From the IMG/VR virus record IMGVR_UViG_3300020051_000004: a DNA stretch of 64,000 nt. One strand, given 5' to 3'. Both the position numbers and the translations under genes were made by a program. Below, piece after piece: positions 36,309 through 46,535 of this stretch. Source of the DNA: a virus. Position 1 is the stretch's first letter. Each line of letters begins with the position of its first letter. Below the pieces are notes generated by a model. That model was not told the DNA's origin and did not search any database. It saw only the letters and a list, made by a program, of their open reading frames with translations.

Positions 36309-36773
36309 TTACTCGTCCGTTGGCGTTAAAAGATACTCGTAATATGGAGAATATTCGGGGCCAAACATTGCAATTTGCCGAGCATTTGAAACGATAGCGA
36401 ATCTTTTGCCGTCTAGCTCTATTCTGCGGGCATCTTTTAAAAATTCATTGGCCGCACTATCTACTTTGATTTTTACTGAGCCTGCTGGTAGGGCAACTTT
36501 GTTTTGTCCGCCCGTAGAAGATGAGCCGTCACTAAAAGAGAATAGTTCTTCGTCTCCTTTTAGGTATCTGATGCGGGCCTTGAAAGTTAGCGATACTGGG
36601 GTGTATTCAAGATTTGTTTGGCCGTAAAAAGAATTGTAGCCCGAATCTGTAGAGATAGAAACCATTTCGCCGTCTTTATAAGCAACAACTTCGCGGGCGA
36701 ATGTTTCGTGGATGTTATTAATCACGTCGCTGATGCTGGTTTTTTGGGCGCTACTTAAATAGGAAATGGCCAT
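36309..36773 (-). CDS. Putative head closure protein
   Basis: FKARI and RIELDGKRFAI typical of head-closure beta barrels; GTGTAA 8 nt upstream. Confidence 0.6.
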   Translation of the reverse strand: MAISYLSSAQKTSISDVINNIHETFAREVVAYKDGEMVSISTDSGYNSFYGQTNLEYTPVSLTFKARIRYLKGDEELFSFSDGSSSTGGQNKVALPAGSVKIKVDSAANEFLKDARRIELDGKRFAIVSNARQIAMFGPEYSPYYEYLLTPTDE

Positions 36774-36776
36774 ACT

Positions 36777-37184
36777 TTAATTTACACGCCTTGCTTTTCT
36801 GGCGGATAAATCTGCGGCTGAATTATTTTTTCGCGGCACCCATTTAAATACAACTTGGTTGTGATTATTTTTCGCGGCCAAAAGTTTTTCCCATAAGTCT
36901 TGGTTTTTTACGGGTTTATTATTGTAGTTTTTCCACCCGTTCTTTAACCATTTATGAATATACTTAGTGGCTCCACTTACTACATACTGGGAATCCGACA
37001 GGATAATTATCTCTTGAGGGTCTAAGAAGTGAGACAAGGCTTTAATCGCGGCAGTCAATTCCATTCTATTCGATGTTGTTTCCGAGAACTCCATTCCAGA
37101 GAAGCTTTTCCCATTTATTACATAAGACCATCCTCCTTGTCCAGAGGAAAGATCATAAGAACCATCTGTATTTATGTAAACCAT
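36777..37184 (-). CDS. rnhA: Ribonuclease HI
   Basis: TDGS, TSNRMELTA, SDSQYV, KNQDLW, KWVPR..N..AD. Confidence 0.92.
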   Translation of the reverse strand: MVYINTDGSYDLSSGQGGWSYVINGKSFSGMEFSETTSNRMELTAAIKALSHFLDPQEIIILSDSQYVVSGATKYIHKWLKNGWKNYNNKPVKNQDLWEKLLAAKNNHNQVVFKWVPRKNNSAADLSARKARRVN

Positions 37185-37239
37185 CTAGTTATAATAGCAT
37201 AACTCTATATTCTAAGTACTCTTTACTCTCTAAGTTTCT

Positions 37240-37660
37240 TACCCTTTAGGGCAGTCGGGCAGTTTTTTGTCTGCCTTTGTGAGGAGATACTATTTCAGCC
37301 ATTGAAGGTTTAGAATGCTTTGTCGGTATAGTTCGGCTTGCGCCTATCTGTCTTCCTCGCCTTAATTCTATGCTAGGTTAAACTCATAGAACACTTGGGC
37401 ACTGTTGAAACCGCTGGGTTAGCTGACGAATCGAACAGACGTTGTGCCTCAAGTTGGTTTCTCGCCCCTTCGGATTTCTCCTAATGCGATACGATGGAAT
37501 CTTAACTGGGTTCTCCCCACGGCAAACACTTAACTCTGATTTTACCCATCATGTTAAATGTCGGCAACTGCTGAAAACTGCCCTAAAAACAGCGTTGCGG
37601 TTGCATTCATCCTTGTCAACTGGTCGTAAAAAAGCCTACGACTGGCCTTTGGTTATGTCT
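37240..37660 (-). ncRNA. Candidate large structured non-coding RNA, family unknown
   Basis: 11-bp closing helix, at least six internal stems, GNRA loops and G-U pairs favouring the minus strand, GTGTAA motif at 37668-37673 pointing into it. Confidence 0.6.
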
Positions 37661-37667
37661 CTATATA

Positions 37668-37693
37668 TTACACTTATTCGCGCTTTCGTGTAA
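37668..37693. promoter_or_regulatory. Back-to-back divergent GTGTAA motifs
   Basis: TTACAC at 37668-37673 and GTGTAA at 37688-37693. Confidence 0.65.
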
Positions 37694-37715
37694 AGAAAAA
37701 CAAGGAACAGGAAAA

Positions 37716-38006
37716 ATGACAGCAAAGGACCAACTTTTGGCGGCTCAACACGCCCAAATCAAAACTCTATACAAGAGCCTACTCAGAGAAATCGAAGACT
37801 TGAAAGAAGAGTTTGACGAGCGTTTTCGACTTTTTCAAGATCAACTGCCGCCAGAATATTTAAAAATGTTAATTGCGGCGAATCCTTTTACTGAGGACCG
37901 ATTTTTTCGTTTGCGCAAAAGAATTTTAGATTCAGGCAACGATGTTGAACGTGCGCTGGTTGGCGAGTCTGAAAGGTATAGCGTTTCTTTTGTTTTTAAA
38001 AATTAG
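37716..38006 (+). CDS. Hypothetical late protein
   Basis: AGGA-rich leader after GTGTAA; LRKRILD. Confidence 0.65.
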   Translation: MTAKDQLLAAQHAQIKTLYKSLLREIEDLKEEFDERFRLFQDQLPPEYLKMLIAANPFTEDRFFRLRKRILDSGNDVERALVGESERYSVSFVFKN

Positions 38007-38025
38007 TTTTTCGTTAATATAAATT

Positions 38026-38784
38026 ATGACCAACCCCGACAAAACTCTCTACTCCTTCTTCGTTAATCGCAAAGTGGAGAAGTCAAAGAAAGAAGTCTCA
38101 ACAGACGAATCTGGCGCTGAAATTGTTAAAACAATCAAAGAAATTGTTGACGAACCTGTAAAAGTTGTCACTTATCGCCCAAATCGCCGCCAAGATGATT
38201 TGGCTGAAGAAGAATACGCTGTACAGTTTTCAAAGTTTCTAAAAAAAGGTTTGATGACCAAAGCTATGCTTTCCAACAAGTATAGCGACAACGGCGGATT
38301 AATGAGTGAAACAGATTCAAAAGAATACGCCCGACTTCTCAAAGAGCTTGAAGGCTTAAAAGATGAGCATGTTAAAAAGTCTGCTTTCGCTAAGGATGGA
38401 AAGAAAAAAAACAAAGAACTAGACGAACTCGGCGAAAAAATTATTGAATTGAGCCAAACTCTTCTCAGAATTGAGAATCGCTACCAAAATCTCTTTTCTC
38501 TCACTGCCGAAACAAAGGCTGAAACAAAGAGGCTCGAATGGTATTTGATGAACCTATCTTTCATGGAGGAAGACGGCAAACTAATTCCAGTTTTTAATGG
38601 GGCCGACATTGAAGAAAAGCGCGAAGACTATTACAAAAAAGAAGAGAGCGCCGACGAAGTTTACTCCCAAATCATTCGCAAACTCTGGTTTGTTTTTGCA
38701 ATTTGGCAGAACAATCGCGCAATCTCCACTGAAGACCTCGAAAATTTCCTGAAAATGCTTGAGGAAAAAGATGGAGAACAGTGA
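38026..38784 (+). CDS. Putative tail assembly chaperone
   Basis: Charged helical protein upstream of tape measure. Confidence 0.5.
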   Translation: MTNPDKTLYSFFVNRKVEKSKKEVSTDESGAEIVKTIKEIVDEPVKVVTYRPNRRQDDLAEEEYAVQFSKFLKKGLMTKAMLSNKYSDNGGLMSETDSKEYARLLKELEGLKDEHVKKSAFAKDGKKKNKELDELGEKIIELSQTLLRIENRYQNLFSLTAETKAETKRLEWYLMNLSFMEEDGKLIPVFNGADIEEKREDYYKKEESADEVYSQIIRKLWFVFAIWQNNRAISTEDLENFLKMLEEKDGEQ

Positions 38785-39757
38785 TTACATTGAGCTAGTC
38801 TCTGAAATTTTTCAAGGTTACACCGAGTTGATTGTAAAAGGTCGCTCGGTTTTCTTGCGTCATGTCTCGCTCCAAGATCAAGCGAAGCTCTCTGCCTTAA
38901 TTGAAAAACTCACTGAAGAGAAAATCGCACTAGGAATGTCTTCCGAAAAGGACCGACTAGAGTTTCTAAAGAAAGAAAAACTTTGGGGCGAAAATGATGA
39001 TTTGGAGATTGTTGAAAAGGAAAACTATGTTTCAAACCTGTCTCAGACAAAGAAAAAAGTCGCGCTTCCTTCTCAGCAAAAAGCTATTCAAAAGGAAATA
39101 GACGAAGAAACGGCCAAATTAAATCTTTTGCGGGCAAAAAAAAGAGAATTAATCGGCCCAATGACAGCAGAAGATTTTGCGGCCAAAGAGGCTAACGAGA
39201 AATTTATTCGCAGCGTTTTATATACTTCCCCATCTTTCAGTGAGTTAGCTTTTTCGCAAAATGATTTTGATGAGCTTAGCGATGAAGAACTTTTCGATGT
39301 TTATAATCAATATCAGCGAACAATGGAGCGTTTGAGTGACGAAAACATTCAAAAGGCCGTTCTTCAGGATTTCTTTAGTTCTTATATTGGTTTTTGCGAT
39401 AAGTCAATGGATTTTTTTGGTAAGCCGATAATTAATTGTTCTTCGGCCCAAAGAAGTTTGTTGATTTGGGGTCGCTGTTTCTTGAATATTTTCCAGAATG
39501 TAGAAAAAATTCCTGACTCTATCCGAAAAGACCCTAAAGCCTTGCTTGATTTTGCCGACAATTCTCGAAACAGAGAAAAAGTTAAAAATAATTCCAAGGG
39601 CAAAGAAGGCTCAACATCATTTGTGATGGGAACAAAAGAAGACGCCGAAGCTCTTTCTGACGGCGCAACTATTGGTAATTTAGCCGACGAATTAAAAAGT
39701 TCGGGCGGATTCTTATCTCAGAATGATCTTCTAAAAAGAGCTGGCGTGCGCGTGTAA
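38771..39757 (+). CDS. Putative tail assembly chaperone
   Basis: Likely start MENSD at 38771; immediately upstream of tape measure. Confidence 0.5.
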   Translation: MENSDYIELVSEIFQGYTELIVKGRSVFLRHVSLQDQAKLSALIEKLTEEKIALGMSSEKDRLEFLKKEKLWGENDDLEIVEKENYVSNLSQTKKKVALPSQQKAIQKEIDEETAKLNLLRAKKRELIGPMTAEDFAAKEANEKFIRSVLYTSPSFSELAFSQNDFDELSDEELFDVYNQYQRTMERLSDENIQKAVLQDFFSSYIGFCDKSMDFFGKPIINCSSAQRSLLIWGRCFLNIFQNVEKIPDSIRKDPKALLDFADNSRNREKVKNNSKGKEGSTSFVMGTKEDAEALSDGATIGNLADELKSSGGFLSQNDLLKRAGVRV

Positions 39758-39776
39758 TTCCTTAGAAGGAAAAGGA

Positions 39777-42700
39777 ATGGCGAACATACCCACAGTAGAA
39801 ATCGGTTTTACACCTAGCGAAAGAAGCGCTATTAACGCTCTTTCGAGAGTTCAGAGCATTGCGGACAAGCGTCCAATTAAAGTTGCCTTTTCTACTGACA
39901 CGAAATCCCTTAAAGAGCTTGACTCTGGACTTGGAAAACTTTCGGGCCGCGCAGATGAATTTACAAAGAGCTTAGAAGCATCCAACGCTCGCGTGCTAGC
40001 TTTCGGCGCTTCTGTTTCTATTATTGCGGCGATTCAGAGAAGTTTCTCGAATTTAATTAAATCTACCATTGATGTAGAAGCGGCATTCAAGAAAATTTCT
40101 GTTGTCGGCGATCAATTTGCAAAAACTTCTGGCGATTTAGAGAGATTTGGCCGTGGTATTTTTGATATTGCCCGTCAAACAGGTCAGGCTTTTGATGTGA
40201 CTTCTGAGGCTGCTCTTGAATTTGCTCGTCAAGGTTTGAGCGCTTCCGAAACTCTTACTAGAGTAAAAGATGCTCTTGTTTTGACTCGATTGTCTGGAAT
40301 TGATGCTGCTAGTTCAGTTGAAGGTTTAACTGCTACTGTTAATGCTTTCAAAAAGGAAGGCGTCACAACAACAGACGTTCTCAATAAGCTGATTGCTGTT
40401 GATAATAAGTTTGCTGTTTCCAGCGCCGACTTGATCGAGTCTCTCAAAAGAAGCGCCTCTGTTGCTCAGTCTTCTAATGTTAGTCTTGACGAGCTTATTG
40501 CAACAACTACGGCGCTCCAAGAAGTCACGGCTCGCGGTGGTCCCGTTATCGGTAACGCCATCAAAAGTATTTTAGCCCGCTCTGGTAGAAGCGAAACAAT
40601 TCAGGCGTTTAGAAATTTAAAGGTTGAGGTTCAAGATATTAATGGCAACTTGCGCCCATCTATTGAACTGCTTACAGACTTCTCTTCTAAGATAAAGAAT
40701 CTTCCGCAGCTTCAAAAGAATCAGGCTATTAGCGATTTGGCTGGCGTTTACCAGTTGAATACTGGCACTGCTCTTATTGATATTCTTGCTGAACTTGAAA
40801 CTGGCGCAAGTCGCTATAGAGATGCTTTATCGACAACAAAAGAAGCTACCAATGAAGCTGATGTAGCAAACAGAAAACTTAACGAATCCCTTGACTCTCA
40901 ATTAAAAGCTCTTCTCGCTACTGGAACTGAGCTTGGGTCTTTAATTGGAAATATTTCCATTGCGCCGCTTCTTTCCGAAGGGTTATCTAAGGTTTCTGGC
41001 GTAGGAGATTTTTTAATCAAGGAACTCAGGGCTTCTGGTCCAAATTTAACAAAGGCCGCTTTTGAGGTTCTTCAGGACGCTTTTCTTGTTGCTGGAACTG
41101 CTGGTGCGGCGGCGATTGTTCTTTTTGTTAAAAAGTTTGCGATTTTTGCAAAGGATAGCATCTCTACAGTTTTGGGTTTAAATGCCGCCCAAAAAAACCA
41201 AGAGAACATTCAGCTAAGCATCTTAAATGTTCTTCGCTCTAGGCAAGATATTGCGCAGCAGATTTATAATCTTTCTGGCAATGAAGTTGCTCAGACTCAA
41301 GTGTTAGCGAATCTTTACAAGAGAATTGCTGATGAGAACGCTCGCAACTTGTCGATTTCCAATGCTGTTGCCAAAAACATGTCTGGCGCTTTTGTTGTTG
41401 GATCAAGCGGCGTTCCAGTCCAAAAGGGCAAGGCGAGAGGCGCTTCAAGGGGCTTTGTTCCTGACCTTGTTCAAGCTGAATTTAATGATGTAAAAAGAGG
41501 TGTTGGCGGCGCGAAAAGTAATTCGGGAATTATTGTCCTAGATGATTTTCCAATGGGCGGAGGCAAAAAAGGCCCAATGGTAATGAACTCCTCAGAGGCT
41601 ATCATGCCAATGGGAAGCAAAGGCGCGGCTGTTCTTAATCAAGATATGCTTGATCGGATGGGCTATGGAAAAAGGGCGGCAAGGGGCGATGTTCCGTACT
41701 TATCAAAAGCGGAGAACTCTGTTCGAGCAGAGTTACAGAAAAAACGTCAAGACGAGCTAAAAAAACTTGAAAAAGAAGCTAGTGATGCCCTTAAAGCCAA
41801 ACAGAAAGCCGAACTTGATGCCGCAAAAGCTGCCGAAAAGCAGGCTAAAGCCGCGCAGAGAGAGCAAGAAAAGCTCGCTAATCAAGAAATTGCTGAAGCT
41901 AAAAAGCGCCAAAAAGCTCTTGAAAAAGCAAATAAAGAAAGGGAGCGGGCTGATAAAATTGCTCAAGAGACTGCTCGTAAATCCGCTGAGGCAGAACTAA
42001 AAGCAGCAAAAGCCAAGGAGGAGGATTTCAAAAAGAAATTCCCAGTAACCGCCCAACTTCAGCGCGATCAACAACTTCGTGTGAGCGGAAAATTGTTGCC
42101 GCCAATTTCTGGCGGATTTGGAGCATTTGGAAGATCAACCCAAGAAGATGTTTCTAGATTAATTTCTAGCGCTCAGCTTGAGAAAGCTAGGAAATCTCTT
42201 GGGGGGCAGTTTATTGATTTATTTGGATCATCGCTTTATCCGCAGAACAAAACTCAGTTTTCAGGATTAGCTCAAGCTCCAACTGTTCTTAGTGGCGAAT
42301 CTTTCAGAAAAAGACAAGAACTTGTAGCTGGAATAGAAGCGTCTCAAAATCCGCCTATCTCAGAAAGGTTAAGGCAACAGAGAGAAAGGATAGCCGCTGG
42401 TCCTCGCTTTTTAGCTGGCCCTGCTGAAGGAAAACTTTCTCTGACAGATAGACTTGGAGAAAAGAGTATCCAAAGCATAAACGATGTTTCTCGCGCTCTT
42501 TCTGATTTAGCTCCAGAATTTATTCGGGCAAAAAAAACATTCAGCGAAGCGAGTATCGAACTTGGCGCTCAAGTTTCTGGTGTATTTTTCGGCGCAAGCG
42601 TTGTTGAAAACGGCTTAAAAGGACTAGGCTACGAAGTTGGCAACATGGTTAATGTTGTTCGCGATGCGACTATTGCTTTCTTGGCGATTAAGAAACTTGG

Positions 42701-45700
42701 CGAATTAAAAAGCGGCGGCGGACTTGTTTCGTCTTCTTCTGGTTTTCTTGATAAAGTTTTAGGCGAAGATTTTAAAAGAGGCCGCAAACTTGGAAAAAGG
42801 TCTGGACCTCTTTCTGGCGTCGAAATGGATTTTCTCTCTCAAAGCAAAGGAGCTTCTCGCGGATTTAAAGTTCAAGGGGCGCTTCAAAGTGTTTCCGCTT
42901 TTGGATCAAAGGTTGTGGGACTTTTGCCTGTTGTAGGCCAATTCGCCGCTGGACTGGTTGCGACTGTTAGTATTCTTGATTCTTTTGGTATAGATGTTGT
43001 TGGTAATTTGAGAAAATCTTTTGGCGGCGTTTCTGAAGAAACTGAAAAATTACAAGAGAATTTTAAAGAACTATCTCAGAGCGCTTTTAAAGGTAGCGAG
43101 TTTATTGGTATTGGAGCGGCAGACTTTTCAAGAAGTTTGAAGAATCAACTTTCCGAGATTAAGGAGAGAATTGAGGCGGAAAGACTTGGAGTAGTCACCA
43201 AAGGAAAGACTCAGCCAGAAATCAGAAAAGAAGCCCTTTCAAAAGAGATTGAAAATGTTCTTAATCCGCTAAAAACTGGCAGAACATCTAAACAGAGAGA
43301 ACTTCAAGGCGGATTTATTGGGAGATTTGCAGAAGTAACGAGAGAGGAGTCTTTCTCTAATCTTGACAATAACACTAAGCAAGCTATTCAAAAAACGCTT
43401 GGGCAAATCGCGTTGCAGCCATTTAAAGACCTTAGTAAGGTTGCTGAGTCTCAGTTGGGTCTAACTCCTCAAAAAATCAATGAGCTTGGTTTAACTGGGA
43501 TTAGAAAGCTACTTTTAGAAAAAGCTGCGGCAGATGTTTTTGCCGCCATTAAAGACATTCCGATTGGAAGGGATATTCCAGTTGATTCGGAAAGCAGTCT
43601 TAATTTCTTAACTCAAACTGTCGCAAAATTTTCTCCAAGCGGGGTGAAAGCCGCATTACCCGAAGAAAAAAAAGGAAAGTTAAGACCAACCTCCGACCTT
43701 CAACAAGCTCAGGCACAAGTTAAAGCCGCTCTTGAATTAAGGAAGCTTCAGTTGGACTTCTCTTCGGAGGAAGAGAGAATTCTTCAAACTAGACTTCGTA
43801 CGTCTGAAATTGATGATGTTTCCAAGGCTAATCTTCAGGCTCAACTTGATCTTCTTGCTAAACAGAGAGAGATTCGCTCATCTATTCTTTCCGAAGCCGA
43901 AAGCGGGTTAAATGAACTTCTTTCTCTTGACACAATCAAGGATTCTGACCTATTAACGACGGATATTCAGAAAATTTTAACTGAAATCAAAACTCTTGGC
44001 GGTTCTGCTGATGATGCAAAAGCTAAGATTCAGCAATTATTTTCAGCAGAAAGTTTTGTTAGCAGCACTGAAACTGACAATTTAAAGACTCGCATTTTTG
44101 AGAGACTAGACGGATTAAAACAAATTTCTGCCGAACAGCTTAGACAAGTTGATATTTCTGGAAAGCAAGCGGAGGCCGAAGCGAAAATTCTAACGCAGAT
44201 TCGTGAGCGTCAGCAGTTAATGGATTTAACCTTCTCTTTAAGAAGAATTGGAATCGAAACACAAAAAACTAACCTTGAGGGCCAGATAGGATTAATTGGT
44301 GCTCAAAGTTCTAACCCAAATCTTACTACTCGTCAACAAGATTCTTCTAAAATCAAGGAGTCCGAATTAAGACTTTCCGTTCTTCAGCTTAGCTTGGAAG
44401 ATGAGAGGCTTAAAAAGGAAGAGCAATTAATAAACCTTCAAGATCAATTCGCAAAAGGTCGGATAACAAGCATAGACGTTCTTGAAGAAGAAATTAAAAA
44501 AGTCAATGCTGAGTATAACAATACAACCAAGTCTCTTAACGATCAAATCGCCGCTCTTGAAATTCAGAAGGGGTTAATTGGTGCGATTGTTGGCGAATCA
44601 ACTGCCTATGCAGACTCTATTGATCAAATCACTCGCGGGTTGGGCCAGCGTTCGGCAGACAATAGAGTTGGTCGCTTGCAGGCTAATGACTTGTCTTCAT
44701 TAATGAACAACCTTTCTGAAAGGGCTGCTTTAGATGATTTATCTCAATCTGGATTGTCTGGCGAAGAGGCAATCGCTTTCTTGAGCGAAAGAATAGCTTT
44801 ACGCGAAAAAGAGTCGGAAATTTCTTCGGCCCAAACAGAAGTCCAAAAAGTCCAACTTTCCCAAGAGATGGCCTTGTTGAAGGATATTTTCAGAATCAGA
44901 AAAGAAGGCGGCTCAACTGAAAAACAAATCTCCAAACTAATTGAAGCTCAAAACGCCCGACTAAAAGAGCAGCGCTCAATTAGCGGCGGAGTAGCGAATG
45001 CTCGGGCTCAAATGCAGGACGAAATGAATCAGTTTGGCTCTACTTTCGGAGAAACGGCCACAACAGGTTTTAGAGATGCTCTTTCTGATGCTATGAAAGC
45101 GGCGGCAGACAATACTGGAAATCTTCGCGATGCTCTTCTTGACGTAGCTTTAACTTTTGCCAATAAACTTCGCGATGCGGCTCTTGATAATCTTGCGAAC
45201 ATCTTGACAACTGGCACAACAGGAGAAGGTGGAGCTGTTTCTGGCGCTTTGAAATTCCTTAGTGGGTTATTCAGTGGCGGAGTTCAAGCTAAGGCTGCTG
45301 GCGGCAAAGTAACAGGCGGCACAGGAACAAAGGACGACGTTCCCACTCTTTTGATGGGCGGCGAATACATCATTAACAAAAAATCCGTCCAAAAATACGG
45401 CCCGCAATTCTTTGAAGCGTTGAATAATGGCTCTATTCGTGGAATGGCTACAGGTGGTCAATTCATTCCTGGGACTCGCGGCCAAGGAAAGATCAAGGGC
45501 AATAAAAATCTTCGTAATTTTGCTGGCCAAGCCTATACAAACGGAAACACAGATTTAATTGGAAACTTTGGAAGTGCCGCTGGCGCGTTTTTAGAACCCG
45601 AAAGCCTTCGTTTGTCAACGTTTGCTCGTCAAGCGGATAATCCAATGAATGCGGCGATTTCCGAAACAAAGGACCAAGCGCTCGCTCTTATTTTTGAAGA

Positions 45701-46535
45701 TCAGAATCTAAGAAAACAATATAAAGAACAGCTCAAAGCTATAGCTGAAGCTGAGAAGGCGCAGGACGAAGCTCGTAAAGCTCAGTTGACTCAGTTGTTG
45801 ATTTCGTCTGCGATTAGTGTTGCTGGCGCGGGGTTGAGTTATTACACAGGCGGTTCTGGAGCATCTACTTTAGGAAGTACGGATATGACTGGCGGAAATC
45901 CAGTTAGCCAATTACCTTCCGAATTGGCATATCTTCGTCAATCACCAACTGTTTATACAGGTTCTAGAAGCGTTATCAGGTCTTCATCGTCGGCGGCTAA
46001 TGTTTCTCCGTGGAGAGCAAATACAATGCCTTTGCCTACTGTTGATAACGCTAAACCATTGTACAACACAATTTTTCCAACCGAACTTCTTCCATTAAAC
46101 CCATATCACAACAAGATAGACCTTAATCAAGAATTTTATAGAAATGCTGGTGGAGTTGTCCCAGGAAATGGCTACAAAGACGAGACAAAAATCCTAGCCA
46201 CTGGCGGAGAAGGTGTTGTTCAGCGTCGCGCTATGAAATATCTTGGCGCGGATAATTTAAATAAAATTAATTCGGGCGCAACCATCGGCGTTTCCGAAGA
46301 GAAGTCCGAGGAACTTAACGAAAGGCTTGTCGCGAAGCTTGATGAACTCTCTCAGAAAATGGGTTCTCAAAGCAGTGTCGTTGTTAATGTGTCTATGGAT
46401 AAACAAGGCAATACCAAATCTTCAACTGAAGGCGACCAGTCTAATGACTCTAAGCGCTTAAACAGAATGATCGAAGAAGCTGTTGTTGGAATCTTGAAAA
46501 AGGAGCAAAGACTTGGGGGAGTTCTTAGAAAATGA
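39777..46535 (+). CDS. Tail tape measure protein
   Basis: 2252 aa; TP901-like N-domain (AALEFARQG, IGNAIKSI), long coiled coils, C-terminal AAGG.V.GG.GTKDDVP.LL.GGEY motif. Confidence 0.92.
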   Translation: MANIPTVEIGFTPSERSAINALSRVQSIADKRPIKVAFSTDTKSLKELDSGLGKLSGRADEFTKSLEASNARVLAFGASVSIIAAIQRSFSNLIKSTIDVEAAFKKISVVGDQFAKTSGDLERFGRGIFDIARQTGQAFDVTSEAALEFARQGLSASETLTRVKDALVLTRLSGIDAASSVEGLTATVNAFKKEGVTTTDVLNKLIAVDNKFAVSSADLIESLKRSASVAQSSNVSLDELIATTTALQEVTARGGPVIGNAIKSILARSGRSETIQAFRNLKVEVQDINGNLRPSIELLTDFSSKIKNLPQLQKNQAISDLAGVYQLNTGTALIDILAELETGASRYRDALSTTKEATNEADVANRKLNESLDSQLKALLATGTELGSLIGNISIAPLLSEGLSKVSGVGDFLIKELRASGPNLTKAAFEVLQDAFLVAGTAGAAAIVLFVKKFAIFAKDSISTVLGLNAAQKNQENIQLSILNVLRSRQDIAQQIYNLSGNEVAQTQVLANLYKRIADENARNLSISNAVAKNMSGAFVVGSSGVPVQKGKARGASRGFVPDLVQAEFNDVKRGVGGAKSNSGIIVLDDFPMGGGKKGPMVMNSSEAIMPMGSKGAAVLNQDMLDRMGYGKRAARGDVPYLSKAENSVRAELQKKRQDELKKLEKEASDALKAKQKAELDAAKAAEKQAKAAQREQEKLANQEIAEAKKRQKALEKANKERERADKIAQETARKSAEAELKAAKAKEEDFKKKFPVTAQLQRDQQLRVSGKLLPPISGGFGAFGRSTQEDVSRLISSAQLEKARKSLGGQFIDLFGSSLYPQNKTQFSGLAQAPTVLSGESFRKRQELVAGIEASQNPPISERLRQQRERIAAGPRFLAGPAEGKLSLTDRLGEKSIQSINDVSRALSDLAPEFIRAKKTFSEASIELGAQVSGVFFGASVVENGLKGLGYEVGNMVNVVRDATIAFLAIKKLGELKSGGGLVSSSSGFLDKVLGEDFKRGRKLGKRSGPLSGVEMDFLSQSKGASRGFKVQGALQSVSAFGSKVVGLLPVVGQFAAGLVATVSILDSFGIDVVGNLRKSFGGVSEETEKLQENFKELSQSAFKGSEFIGIGAADFSRSLKNQLSEIKERIEAERLGVVTKGKTQPEIRKEALSKEIENVLNPLKTGRTSKQRELQGGFIGRFAEVTREESFSNLDNNTKQAIQKTLGQIALQPFKDLSKVAESQLGLTPQKINELGLTGIRKLLLEKAAADVFAAIKDIPIGRDIPVDSESSLNFLTQTVAKFSPSGVKAALPEEKKGKLRPTSDLQQAQAQVKAALELRKLQLDFSSEEERILQTRLRTSEIDDVSKANLQAQLDLLAKQREIRSSILSEAESGLNELLSLDTIKDSDLLTTDIQKILTEIKTLGGSADDAKAKIQQLFSAESFVSSTETDNLKTRIFERLDGLKQISAEQLRQVDISGKQAEAEAKILTQIRERQQLMDLTFSLRRIGIETQKTNLEGQIGLIGAQSSNPNLTTRQQDSSKIKESELRLSVLQLSLEDERLKKEEQLINLQDQFAKGRITSIDVLEEEIKKVNAEYNNTTKSLNDQIAALEIQKGLIGAIVGESTAYADSIDQITRGLGQRSADNRVGRLQANDLSSLMNNLSERAALDDLSQSGLSGEEAIAFLSERIALREKESEISSAQTEVQKVQLSQEMALLKDIFRIRKEGGSTEKQISKLIEAQNARLKEQRSISGGVANARAQMQDEMNQFGSTFGETATTGFRDALSDAMKAAADNTGNLRDALLDVALTFANKLRDAALDNLANILTTGTTGEGGAVSGALKFLSGLFSGGVQAKAAGGKVTGGTGTKDDVPTLLMGGEYIINKKSVQKYGPQFFEALNNGSIRGMATGGQFIPGTRGQGKIKGNKNLRNFAGQAYTNGNTDLIGNFGSAAGAFLEPESLRLSTFARQADNPMNAAISETKDQALALIFEDQNLRKQYKEQLKAIAEAEKAQDEARKAQLTQLLISSAISVAGAGLSYYTGGSGASTLGSTDMTGGNPVSQLPSELAYLRQSPTVYTGSRSVIRSSSSAANVSPWRANTMPLPTVDNAKPLYNTIFPTELLPLNPYHNKIDLNQEFYRNAGGVVPGNGYKDETKILATGGEGVVQRRAMKYLGADNLNKINSGATIGVSEEKSEELNERLVAKLDELSQKMGSQSSVVVNVSMDKQGNTKSSTEGDQSNDSKRLNRMIEEAVVGILKKEQRLGGVLRK

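Noticed and set aside
37240-37660. Identification of the structured region as RNase P RNA, tmRNA, tRNA or a group I/II intron
   Set aside because: No GAGGAAAGUCC/CR-V pair, no tRNA-like acceptor end with CCA, no convincing P7 or domain V, and no interrupted gene
37442-37693. 83-aa plus-strand ORF in the track
   Set aside because: TTG start, no recognisable motif, overlaps the structured region, and its stop is the GTGTAA motif of the next gene
38755-38790. Programmed -1 frameshift between tail assembly chaperones
   Set aside because: The second ORF is in the +1 frame, has its own ATG at 38771, and no XXXYYYZ slippery heptamer is evident at the overlap
41700-42030. A/K/E-rich repeat-like tract
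   Set aside because: Ordinary coiled-coil segment of the tape measure protein, not a DNA repeat
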